NCBI GenBank assembly: GCA_051971635.1 | Contig: JBFPLN010000003.1 | Coordinates: 224,001-288,000 of the forward strand | Direction: 5' to 3' | From: Candidatus Atelocyanobacterium thalassae | Lineage (GTDB): Bacteria; Cyanobacteriota; Cyanobacteriia; Cyanobacteriales; Microcystaceae | DNA length: 64,000 nt | In this document: positions 55,130 to 64,000 of the stretch, one piece after another | Position numbering within the stretch: position 1 is the stretch's first letter | Layout: each line of letters opens with the position of its first letter | Notes under the pieces: generated by a model | The model's database searches: none | What the model was told of the DNA's origin: nothing | What the model saw: the letters and a program-made list of their open reading frames with translations, nothing else | Translations under genes and position numbers: made by a program

Positions 55130-56152
55130 TTAGTTCATTTGTTGTTTCTTCTCTTTTTTTAAATCTCTATTACCTATAGCAGCTAATTCGGCATCTATTA
55201 AAGTTTGTCCTGTAGCTGCTAGATATACATCATCGAGACTAGGACGAGATTGAGATAAGCTAAAAATATTTAAACCAGCATTTTCTAGAGCTTTTTCTAT
55301 TTTACTAAATAAATTTATCTCTTCTGTGACTATTAAGTTTAAAGAATTTCCTTGAGATTTATTAATAATTATTTCTTCTACAAACGGTAATTTTTGTAGA
55401 ATTTCCTTAGCTTTGTTCACATCTTCAAGTTCTGAAAATTCTTGAATTTTTAAAGTGATACGATTACCACCTAAATGATTTTTAAGTTCAGATGGAGTTC
55501 CTTGAGCGATCACTTTGCCACGATCAATAATAGCCAAGTTATCTGCTAGAGAGTCTATTTCTTCTAAGTAGTGGCTCGTTATGAGAATTGTCGTTCCTGC
55601 TGCTTTTAGTTTTTTAAGAAATTCCCAAACTATCAATCGACTTTCAATGTCTAAGCCAACAGTTGGTTCATCAAGAACTATTAAACTTGGTTTGTGTAGT
55701 AATCCAGCTGCAAGATCAAATCGCTTACGAATTCCTCCCGAATAATCTCCTGTTTTGCGATCGCTATATTCGTTGAGATTTAATAAAGTTAATAATTTGT
55801 CAATTCTATCTTCAGCATCACGTTTAGGTAAATGATAAAGAGATGCTTGCAATTGGAGTAATTCTCTACCTGTTAAAATTTTATCAAGTGTAATATCTTG
55901 TGCAACATAACCTAGAAAGTTCCTAATAATATTTGGGTATTTTAAGGCTGAAATTCCACCTATCTTAATTTCTCCACTATCAGGTTTAGTTAAAGTACAT
56001 AAACATCGAATAGTTGTTGTTTTACCTGATCCGTTTGGTCCTAGTAGACCAAAGATTTCTCCCTTATTAATATTAAAGGAAATATCTTGAACTGCTTTTA
56101 CAGTATTAAAACTTTTTTGTAACGATTCAATTATAACTAAAGGAGTCATCAT
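55130..56152 (-). CDS. ABC transporter ATP-binding protein (DrrA-like)
   Basis: Motifs GPNGSGKTT, YSGG, LDEPTVGLD and SHY. Confidence 0.93.
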   Translation of the reverse strand: MMTPLVIIESLQKSFNTVKAVQDISFNINKGEIFGLLGPNGSGKTTTIRCLCTLTKPDSGEIKIGGISALKYPNIIRNFLGYVAQDITLDKILTGRELLQLQASLYHLPKRDAEDRIDKLLTLLNLNEYSDRKTGDYSGGIRKRFDLAAGLLHKPSLIVLDEPTVGLDIESRLIVWEFLKKLKAAGTTILITSHYLEEIDSLADNLAIIDRGKVIAQGTPSELKNHLGGNRITLKIQEFSELEDVNKAKEILQKLPFVEEIIINKSQGNSLNLIVTEEINLFSKIEKALENAGLNIFSLSQSRPSLDDVYLAATGQTLIDAELAAIGNRDLKKEKKQQMN

Positions 56153-56417
56153 TAATTTTATTTTAGATAGAATTCAAGTGATCAAAAAGGTACTTATTAT
56201 CAACTTTTTCCTAAAAATTTTTTAAGTAAAAGTTTTTATATTAATAATAATACATCTTTTAAAAATCTATGTATTGATATCCATTAAATTCTTATACTTG
56301 CATAAAGTATTTGACTGCTTTTTTAACTAGATTTTAGATAAGCTATGTGTTTTTATTTTTTTGATTTACAGAATTTTAGATTATTTGAGCTTTATTATGG
56401 ATGTCTTTGCTTTAAAA

Positions 56418-57149
56418 CTAGTTATTGATATTAAACAATACTTGTGATATGTATTTATCAGTCCAGGTTACGCCAAAAAAATTTTCTAAAATGCGACGGG
56501 TTTTATCGTTTTGTTTTTGTTTATTACAATAATACTCTTGTTCTTGTAAATTTAAATTTCTTTCATAATCAGAAACTATTTTAGAATTTGCTGATTGTTT
56601 GCAATGTATTTGCAGAATATTTTCAACTCGTTGAAGAAATTTATTTTCTTCTTTTAAGTTAAGAGGCTGTATAAATAAACAATATTCTGAGAATATATCT
56701 CCCCATTCTGGTAAATTACGAGTTACCGAAAAATCATAAATTTCTAGTTGAGATAATTTTTGTCTATATTCTCTAGAAAATTTTGTTTTAGAATTAGTTG
56801 GAGATAAATCAACAACTGCTGCACTGATCTTATTTTTTCCAATAACGAGATCGCATCCAAATATAGGCAGAGAATATTCAAAGCGAGGAAACATTACACA
56901 ATGAAGAATATCTAGTTTTTGCTCAAGCCTTACCAGCTCTAAATGAATCTTACGAAATTGATTTGATTGATAACACAAGTTTTGGATTATTAACTTGTCT
57001 TTTTCTAATGCACTTTCAATATAATTTAAATCTTTTGGTAATTTATATGGAGCTAAATAAAGCTCTTCCTCCCAGTAAGAAACTATAGAATTAGCCAGCT
57101 TATAAATTAAAGGATGTAAAGGCAAAAAAGTAGTTAAGTTTTGGGCCAT
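56418..57149 (-). CDS. pcyA: Phycocyanobilin:ferredoxin oxidoreductase
   Basis: Motifs FRKIHLEL, LDILHCVMFP, PIFGCDLV, LPEWGDIFS and QKQNDKTRRIL. Confidence 0.92.
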   Translation of the reverse strand: MAQNLTTFLPLHPLIYKLANSIVSYWEEELYLAPYKLPKDLNYIESALEKDKLIIQNLCYQSNQFRKIHLELVRLEQKLDILHCVMFPRFEYSLPIFGCDLVIGKNKISAAVVDLSPTNSKTKFSREYRQKLSQLEIYDFSVTRNLPEWGDIFSEYCLFIQPLNLKEENKFLQRVENILQIHCKQSANSKIVSDYERNLNLQEQEYYCNKQKQNDKTRRILENFFGVTWTDKYISQVLFNINN

Positions 57150-57265
57150 CAATCTTTTAGTATTTGTAAATTTTCAATCATTAGATTAATAGAATCATAC
57201 AAAATATTTTTTCTTTACTTATTAAATCTTATTTGGTAAACGTGTATTTTTTGTACATCAATTAT

Positions 57266-57556
57266 TTAGTCTAAAATTTCTTTGATAGCTAATTCTAGTT
57301 CCTTTTGATTTAAATCTGTAACAATAAAAACTTCTTGAACTGTTTTACCTTGTCTAGCTATGGCTTTATATCCCCCAAGAATTTGAACCGATATTCTTAA
57401 TTTTAAATGTGGGCAATGACCTTTAGCTCTGCCAATAACCCCAGGAGTAATGGTTCTAATACCTGGAAAAAAAACTAACTTTTCTAGAATAGGTATCAAA
57501 CCATCTAAATGAGTGGAATGATTCCAGATTAGTCTTCCTTTATTTTCCTGAGTCAT
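57266..57556 (-). CDS. DUF2103 family protein
   Basis: Motifs GRLIWNHSTH, TITPGVI and ARQGKTVQEVF. Confidence 0.8.
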   Translation of the reverse strand: MTQENKGRLIWNHSTHLDGLIPILEKLVFFPGIRTITPGVIGRAKGHCPHLKLRISVQILGGYKAIARQGKTVQEVFIVTDLNQKELELAIKEILD

Positions 57557-57560
57557 AAAT

Positions 57561-57881
57561 TCATATTCCTTCTAATGGAGCCATCGTTAATCCTTCACGA
57601 CGTAATTGTTGATGATATAGTTCTGCTTGCTCTAAAGGTCCTATCCAAACGGTTGCTAATTCTTCAAAATGTATTCTTTGAGTTAGCTCCCAAGCATAAC
57701 TTTTAGTCATTGCAGGTATATATCTTATTAAACAACTAGCAACATGATCAAAAGTATTAAAATCATCATTAAGAACAATTATTTTACAGCTAGGATAAGG
57801 CTTATGGTCAACAACTGTTAAATTTTTTGTGTGGATTGATGTAGATTTTTCTTGAATTGTTATGGACAATCTCTTGATCAT
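57561..57881 (-). CDS. clpS: ATP-dependent Clp protease adaptor ClpS
   Basis: Motifs IIVLNDDFNTF and GPLEQAELYHQQL. Confidence 0.92.
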   Translation of the reverse strand: MIKRLSITIQEKSTSIHTKNLTVVDHKPYPSCKIIVLNDDFNTFDHVASCLIRYIPAMTKSYAWELTQRIHFEELATVWIGPLEQAELYHQQLRREGLTMAPLEGI

Positions 57882-58336
57882 GAATTTTAATAAATAAAAA
57901 ATTTTTGAAAATTATGAGTACAGCCTGGTTAAAAGTTTAACAATTTTTTACAAAAAAAACAGTTTCAATAAACTAATCAGCTTAATTATTTAAAATAATT
58001 ACTATACATTAAGAAAATTACACTTAAGGCTATTGGATATAAGGTTTATACTTTATCGAACTCAAAACTATATCCTAACAAGTTAAGTAATAATTATTAT
58101 ATTGAAAAGTTCTGAAAAATTTATTTTCAAAGTTTTTCTTGCGAGGAAAAGTAAATTTGTATGCGATTCATTCGTAATGAATCATATACATAGCAGATAG
58201 TTTATAGTTTGAAAATAAAGTCAAACTTAAAAGAGGTTTTAAAAGCCTTGCAGAAAATATCGTTCTTTATTAAATGCATCAGATGTATCTTGATTTACTA
58301 TAGATTGATATAAATATGGTATGAATAATAAATTTT

Positions 58337-58897
58337 ATGATACAACGAAAAAAAGTACGTGATCTTCAATTAACTGCTTCTAAAAATTTTAATCTAGAAT
58401 GTACAAATGTTACAGTACCACTAAGATCTTATCTCCAGGAAACACAACGTCTAGTTAAAGTTCTTGCGGGGAAGAATATAACTGAAAAAATATCAGAGTT
58501 TGAGTTCCGTTTTCATATGAAAACCTTAAACTTTATAAATATCTACTCTTTTCAACCTGTGGTAACTATTAAAGTTTTATCAAATGAAAAGGGAGTAGTT
58601 TATTTTGAGTCTCAAGACTTTGAAATAATAGGAATTAATTATATAAATCATAATTTTTCTTTGAAGTTTCAAGGCAAATTATTTTCAAAAGAAACAAACA
58701 ATAAAATATTTTTACGAGGTCAAGCATACCTAGCTTCTTCTTTAGACCTGCCATCTAACTTATGGATAATTCCAAAATCTATATTAAAGAAAGCTGGTGA
58801 TACATTATTAAAAAATATTTTAGAGCGTATTAGTCAAAGTTTATCCAATGAGCTATTACATGATTATCAATACTGGGCTAGCTTACAAAAAAAATAA
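58337..58897 (+). CDS. DUF1997 family protein
   Basis: Motifs YLQETQRLV, FQPVV, IGINYINHNFSL and DYQYW. Confidence 0.7.
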   Translation: MIQRKKVRDLQLTASKNFNLECTNVTVPLRSYLQETQRLVKVLAGKNITEKISEFEFRFHMKTLNFINIYSFQPVVTIKVLSNEKGVVYFESQDFEIIGINYINHNFSLKFQGKLFSKETNNKIFLRGQAYLASSLDLPSNLWIIPKSILKKAGDTLLKNILERISQSLSNELLHDYQYWASLQKK

Positions 58898-59493
58898 ACT
58901 TTTTAAGGTTGCCATATAAATCTTTACCATGATGAAAAATTAATTAGAATTTCATAAAATATGTAAAATTATCTAGATGTTATAATTACTTTAATGTTTA
59001 TTTTTTTCCTAAAATCCCATTGAATCGGACTAAGTATGAATTTATCTAGCTTTATATTAAACTTGAAAAAATAAAACTTTGATATAAAAACTTTTCAAAC
59101 GTTGTAAGATTAAAGCCTCAGAAAATTTAATCTTATTTTAGATATCAAGACTATAAAAGCCGCAATAAAACTTAAAATTCAGAAGTGTCAGTGTGTGTTA
59201 TCCAGTAGTAAGCTTTTATAAGAATCATTTCTCACCTCATAAGATACTTTCATCTTATGAGTAAGAAGTAATGTTCGTAGAATTTGCCAAATAACTTTTA
59301 TCTTAGTTATTGAATTCTGTAATTTTTTAGCAAAATTTAGTAACTAAGATAGCTAGTTTCTTTGCTTTTTCTTAATTAAAAAAAAAGCCTTGATTATTAT
59401 TGATCTCTAACTTTTTTATAGTTAGAGCAAATGTCGAAGAGATGGAATTTATTCCTTCAACTTAAATATTCATTCACTTAAGGATACTTACTC

Positions 59494-59712
59494 ATGGTTA
59501 AACGTAAAGATACAGTTAGAGTTAAACGTAAAGAGTCTTATTGGTATAATGATATTGGTACTGTTGTAACCATAGACAAAGGTGAATCCCTTTTGTATCC
59601 AGTTGTTGTTCGTTTTCAAAAAGTTAATTATATTGGTCTTTCTGGAGATCCTTCGGGGCTCAATATGAATTCATTTGCAGAAAGTGAACTGGAAGTTCTA
59701 TCTGAAGGATAA
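59494..59712 (+). CDS. psaE: Photosystem I subunit IV PsaE
   Basis: Motifs [11 protein letters not shown] and [12 protein letters not shown]; upstream of mutM as in other cyanobacteria. Confidence 0.95.
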   Translation: MVKRKDTVRVKRKESYWYNDIGTVVTIDKGESLLYPVVVRFQKVNYIGLSGDPSGLNMNSFAESELEVLSEG

Positions 59713-59729
59713 TAAACCTAATATAAGCT

Positions 59730-60584
59730 TTGCCAGAACTACCTGAAGTTGAAAGTATTTGCCGGAAACTTAACGAATTAACTGCCGGCCACACTATTTG
59801 GGGGGGACAGGTGTTGTTACCACGTTCACTTGCCCACCCCTTCTCTGTGAAATCTTTTTTAAGTTCTATTTGTAATGTTGATCTAAAGATATGGAGTAGA
59901 AGAGGAAAATATTTATTACTAGAATTAGATAGTAATAAAGGATGGATAGTATTTCATCTTAGAATGACAGGTCAATTACTATGGACTAAGCAAAGTGAGC
60001 CGTTATCAAAACACACTCGTCTGCGCCTATTTTGTAAAGGTTCTTATGAATTAAGGTTCATAGATGTCAGGACTTTTGGTAAAGTATGGTTGATTCCTTC
60101 ATCTCATAATCCAGAAGATATAATTATTGGTCTAAACAAATTAGGAATAGAACCTTTATCAGCTGATTTTTCAGTTAACTATCTTACTAAAAAACTAACA
60201 AGCTATAAGCGTAATATTAAAACTCTCTTACTAGATCAATCAATTATTGCAGGAATTGGAAATATATATGCTGATGAAGCATTATTTAGAAGTAATATTC
60301 ATCCAAAAACCAAAGGTATAGAATTAACTGTTAAACAAATTAACAATTTAAGAGAAGCTATTATTGAAGTTCTCAATAAGTCTATCGAAAAAGGAGGAAC
60401 AACCTTCAGTAATTTCTTAAATATTACTGGTAGTAAAGGTAAATATGCTGAAGTTGCTTGGGTCTATGGGAGGAATAATATGGCTTGTCGTATTTGCAAT
60501 ACTTCTATTAAGCGTATAAAGTTAAATGGTAGATCTTCTCATTTTTGCCCTAAGTGTCAACAGTGCAGTAAATTACTCGATTAA
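59730..60584 (+). CDS. mutM: Formamidopyrimidine-DNA glycosylase
   Basis: Motifs PELPEVE, RRGKYL, HLRMTG and GIGNIYADE; C4 zinc finger; TTG start. Confidence 0.97.
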   Translation: MPELPEVESICRKLNELTAGHTIWGGQVLLPRSLAHPFSVKSFLSSICNVDLKIWSRRGKYLLLELDSNKGWIVFHLRMTGQLLWTKQSEPLSKHTRLRLFCKGSYELRFIDVRTFGKVWLIPSSHNPEDIIIGLNKLGIEPLSADFSVNYLTKKLTSYKRNIKTLLLDQSIIAGIGNIYADEALFRSNIHPKTKGIELTVKQINNLREAIIEVLNKSIEKGGTTFSNFLNITGSKGKYAEVAWVYGRNNMACRICNTSIKRIKLNGRSSHFCPKCQQCSKLLD

Positions 60585-60647
60585 TTTTTTATTATACTTG
60601 ACAAATAGGGGATTACTTTGCTAAGTTTATATACGTCTGCACAATAA

Positions 60648-60719
60648 TGGGGTGTAGCCAAGCGGTAAGGCAGCGGGTTTTGGTCTCGCCATTCCTGGGT
60701 TCGAATCCTAGCACCCCAG
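60648..60719 (+). tRNA. trnQ: tRNA-Gln(TTG)
   Basis: TGGGGTG acceptor stem, GCGGG-TTTTGGT-CTCGC anticodon arm, TTCGAAT T-loop; TTGACA at 60598. Confidence 0.96.
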
Positions 60720-61037
60720 TTACATCAGTTAGTAAAAACTAATTTCCATATTTTTAGATTAACTAGTATTTTAGATAATAGGAACTATATTAAAATTCTT
60801 ATTATCTAATTATTTATTTCTGAAAAAGTCAGATTTCTAGTAATTTAATTTTAGAAAGAAAAAAATTAATTTGTTAATATAATTTATTTTTTAAATTATA
60901 TCGATCTAGACTGTAAGATTTTATAATTTAGAAGCTTACTGTACTGTTTAATAATATAGTTGTCACAAAAATTAAGAGATGTATAGTAAGTAAAGGAAGG
61001 TCCCCGGTATAGGTTTTTGCAAAAAAGAAGGAAATCC

Positions 61038-63512
61038 ATGGCACAACAGTTAAAGTTTACAAAAACTGGCAAAATTATTTCAACATCTCTACATGCGGAA
61101 ATGAGACATTCGTACCTAGAGTATGCCATGAGTGTAATTGTGGGGAGAGCTCTACCAGATGCAAGAGATGGATTGAAACCTGTTCACCGTCGTATTCTTT
61201 ATGCTATGCATGAATTAGGATTAATTCCTGAACGACCTTTTCGTAAATGTGCCCGCGTAGTAGGTGATGTTCTAGGTAAATACCATCCTCATGGTGATCA
61301 AGCTGTGTATGATGCTTTAGTTCGGATGGTACAAGATTTTTCGAGTCGCTATCCTTTGCTTGCAGGACATGGAAATTTTGGTTCTATCGACAATGATCCC
61401 CCTGCAGCAATGCGTTATACAGAAACTAGGCTCTCTTCTATTGCAAGTTATGGAATGCTGGGAGAAATTAGTGAAGATATTGTTGATTTTAATAATAATT
61501 TTGATAATTCTCAACAAGAACCTATTGTTCTCCCTAGTAAATTCCCTAACTTATTAATTAATGGTTGTACAGGTATTGCCGTAGGAATGGCTACTAATAT
61601 TCCTCCACATAATTTAGGAGAACTGATAGATGGCCTAATAGCCTTGATAGAGAAACCTGAGCTGTCTAATGAAAAATTATGGAAAATAATTCCTGGTCCA
61701 GATTTTCCTACTGGAGGTGAAATTATTCAAACTGAAGGTATCAAGGATGCTTATCGTGATGGAAAAGGAATAATTAGAGTTCGTGGAGTAGTTAATATAG
61801 AAAAAATTAATGTAGGTAAAAAAAGACGACAAGAAAGAACAGCACTAATAATAACTGAGCTTCCTTATCAAGTAAATAAATCTGCTTGGATTGAAAAAAT
61901 TGCTGATTTAGTTAATTGTGGACGTTTAGAAGGTGTAGCAGATATTAGAGATGAAAGTGATCGTACTGGGATGAGAGTAGTAATAGAGCTGAAGAGAGAC
62001 GCAGTTACTAAAGTAGTCCTAAAAGAACTATATAGAAAAACAGCTTTAGAACATAATTTTGGCGCAATTATGTTAGCTTTAGTTGATAGTCAGCCACGAC
62101 AACTATCTCTACGTGAGTTACTAGAAGAATTTTTAAAATTCCGAGAAATAACTCTAACTCGTCAATACAGCAATGAATTAAAAAGTTGTCAAGATCAATC
62201 ACACATTTTAGAAGGGTTACTAATTGCCTTAAAAAATTTAGACAAAATAATTAGTATTTTATGTAATTCTGCAGATTCGACAATTGCCAAAGAAAAATTT
62301 CAGAAGAGTTTAAATTTAAATGAAAAACAAGCTAATGGTATCTTAGCGATGCCTATGCGACGATTAACTGGATTAGAAAGAAAAAAAATCAAAACAGAAT
62401 ATAAAGAATTACAAATTAGAATTAATCGATTGGAAATTCTATTAACAAATCGTAAAGAATTTTTAACAGAATTAAAGAAAGAACTGCGTTTTCTTAAAAA
62501 TAAATATGGGGATAATCGTCGCACTAAAATTAGTGGAACAGATACTACGCAACTAAATAATTCTGAAATTCACAAAACTGATATTCAAGGACAAACTATA
62601 TTACAAAAGAAAAAAAGAATATCTCATAAACCTCAACAATCAAGCTTTTTCCCATCTAAAGATTCAATTTTAGAAATGACGTATCAGGGGAAAATAGCTT
62701 GGCGTATGCCGAAAGATAGAGGTTTTAATAATGATCTTCTAGTTTATAGTGAAACAATAAAAGAAAGAGAACAAATAATTGTCATTACAGATACGGGCAA
62801 AGCTTATCCTATAAAAGTTGTAGATATTCCTTATATTAGTATTCAATCAATTCCTCTAATAAATTTATTACCTAAAAATGCACAAAAAGATAGTAAAAAT
62901 ATTGTATCTATTTTCTTCTTAGACAAAGATATCAAGGATCAAAATTTATTTTTGTTAACGAATCAAGGCAAAATCAAACGGATTCAGTTATCAGAATTAA
63001 ATATCCTAACTAATCGAGGGTTATCATTAATGAAATTAATGAATGATGAATGTTTAAGATACATTTCTTTTGTTGAAGAAGAAGATGAAGTTATAATTGC
63101 TATATCTAGTGGTCGTTTATTACGTTTTCAAATAAAAGATTATGAGATCCCTATTGTCAATCGTAATACTCAAGGAAATCAGGCTTTCAGATTGAGACAA
63201 AAAGAAGAGATTGTTGGATGTACTAATCTTAATAAAAATCAAAAGATTTTATTAGTATCGAAACTAGGCTATGGAAAACATTTAAATATATTAGACTTAC
63301 GAATAACTAAACTAGGAGATATTGGAACACAAGCTCTAAAATTTGTTCATAAAAATGATAGTCTATCAGGCATAAAAATAGTATCAAATATGCAAAATAT
63401 TAACTTTCTAACTAATAAAAATAGAGTTCTGACTCTAGAAGTAAAAGAATTTCAAGATGATAAACAGATAGTTGAATTGCTTGACACAGAAACAATTATT
63501 CATATCAATTGA
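61038..63512 (+). CDS. Type IIA topoisomerase subunit A (GyrA/ParC-like paralogue, no obvious GyrA-box)
   Basis: Motifs [35 protein letters not shown] and GPDFPTG; divergent C-terminal domain. Confidence 0.92.
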   Translation: MAQQLKFTKTGKIISTSLHAEMRHSYLEYAMSVIVGRALPDARDGLKPVHRRILYAMHELGLIPERPFRKCARVVGDVLGKYHPHGDQAVYDALVRMVQDFSSRYPLLAGHGNFGSIDNDPPAAMRYTETRLSSIASYGMLGEISEDIVDFNNNFDNSQQEPIVLPSKFPNLLINGCTGIAVGMATNIPPHNLGELIDGLIALIEKPELSNEKLWKIIPGPDFPTGGEIIQTEGIKDAYRDGKGIIRVRGVVNIEKINVGKKRRQERTALIITELPYQVNKSAWIEKIADLVNCGRLEGVADIRDESDRTGMRVVIELKRDAVTKVVLKELYRKTALEHNFGAIMLALVDSQPRQLSLRELLEEFLKFREITLTRQYSNELKSCQDQSHILEGLLIALKNLDKIISILCNSADSTIAKEKFQKSLNLNEKQANGILAMPMRRLTGLERKKIKTEYKELQIRINRLEILLTNRKEFLTELKKELRFLKNKYGDNRRTKISGTDTTQLNNSEIHKTDIQGQTILQKKKRISHKPQQSSFFPSKDSILEMTYQGKIAWRMPKDRGFNNDLLVYSETIKEREQIIVITDTGKAYPIKVVDIPYISIQSIPLINLLPKNAQKDSKNIVSIFFLDKDIKDQNLFLLTNQGKIKRIQLSELNILTNRGLSLMKLMNDECLRYISFVEEEDEVIIAISSGRLLRFQIKDYEIPIVNRNTQGNQAFRLRQKEEIVGCTNLNKNQKILLVSKLGYGKHLNILDLRITKLGDIGTQALKFVHKNDSLSGIKIVSNMQNINFLTNKNRVLTLEVKEFQDDKQIVELLDTETIIHIN

Positions 63513-63875
63513 TTTTTATGCAAATCTTTGATAAGTAAAAGTTACAAAAATTTATTATTTTAATTTTAATTTAAATGAGATAGAAAGGTTTTACAATCGT
63601 TTCTTGTAGTCATAGAATTGATTTTTTATCGAAATCAAACTTTATAACTTCTAAAATGAATATCAAAATTTGATTTAAATAATTATCTTAGTCAGATAAT
63701 ACGATATAAAAATTTAACTATTTATTAAACTAAAATTTAACAAAGTTTGTAAGTTTGTAAGAAACAAATCATATATATATGCAATTATTATAAATCTATA
63801 AAATTAACGCATCTCCTCGAATTTGTATGATATTATTAGGGGTACTCTTTTGAAATTATATTTAATATTACTAAT

Positions 63876-64000
63876 ATGACTCTCCAACTTGGCGACATTG
63901 CGCCCGATTTTTCCCAAAATTCTAGCGAGGGCCCTATTTCCTTTCATCAGTGGGCTGGTGAAAAATGGGTAGTTCTCTTTTCACATCCTGCAGACTATAC
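63876..64000 (+). CDS. 1-Cys peroxiredoxin (Prx6 type), 3'-truncated; not in the ORF track
   Basis: Translates as MTLQLGDIAPDFSQNSSEGPISFHQWAGEKWVVLFSHPADY. Confidence 0.88.
   Translation, partial: MTLQLGDIAPDFSQNSSEGPISFHQWAGEKWVVLFSHPADY

Noticed and set aside
57937..57954. HLR1-like direct repeat near clpS, and TTTGTAAG repeats near 63746-63761
   Set aside because: Such motifs arise easily at this AT content, and the second has an 8-bp rather than 10-bp period.

Overview
A very AT-rich, housekeeping-dense window from a genome-reduced unicellular cyanobacterium. The proteins resemble those of Crocosphaera/Cyanothece/Synechocystis, photosystem I genes psaC, psaD and psaE are intact, spacers are long and eroded, and HIP1 is almost absent. 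My inference is UCYN-A (Ca. Atelocyanobacterium thalassa, the 'nitroplast' lineage); the window alone cannot prove this. It holds about 55 CDS (cysK, SLH porin, folC-ccdA-ccs1, secE-nusG-rplKAJL, rpoZ, atpD-atpC, polA, ctpA, glyQ, ffh, tldD, guaA, vipp1, pcyA, clpS, mutM, a gyrA/parC paralogue and others), tRNA-Pro(GGG), tRNA-Gln(TTG), an L10 leader and a probable Yfr2-family sRNA. I found no CRISPR array, IS element, prophage or rRNA. The most notable observations: (1) long, near-perfect, sequence-unrelated inverted repeats at gene 3' ends, up to a perfect 48-bp-arm palindrome; (2) retained D1-processing-type CtpA and PcyA in a lineage reported to lack PSII and phycobilisomes; (3) a remodelled ferredoxin-docking face of PsaD; (4) a possible Yfr2/Yfr1/porin RNA circuit; (5) a parS-like palindrome; (6) an orphan HIP1-type methylase; (7) an eroded pseudogene ghost next to the riboflavin synthase gene. 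All family assignments and comparisons to other organisms come from motif recognition and memory; no database search was run.
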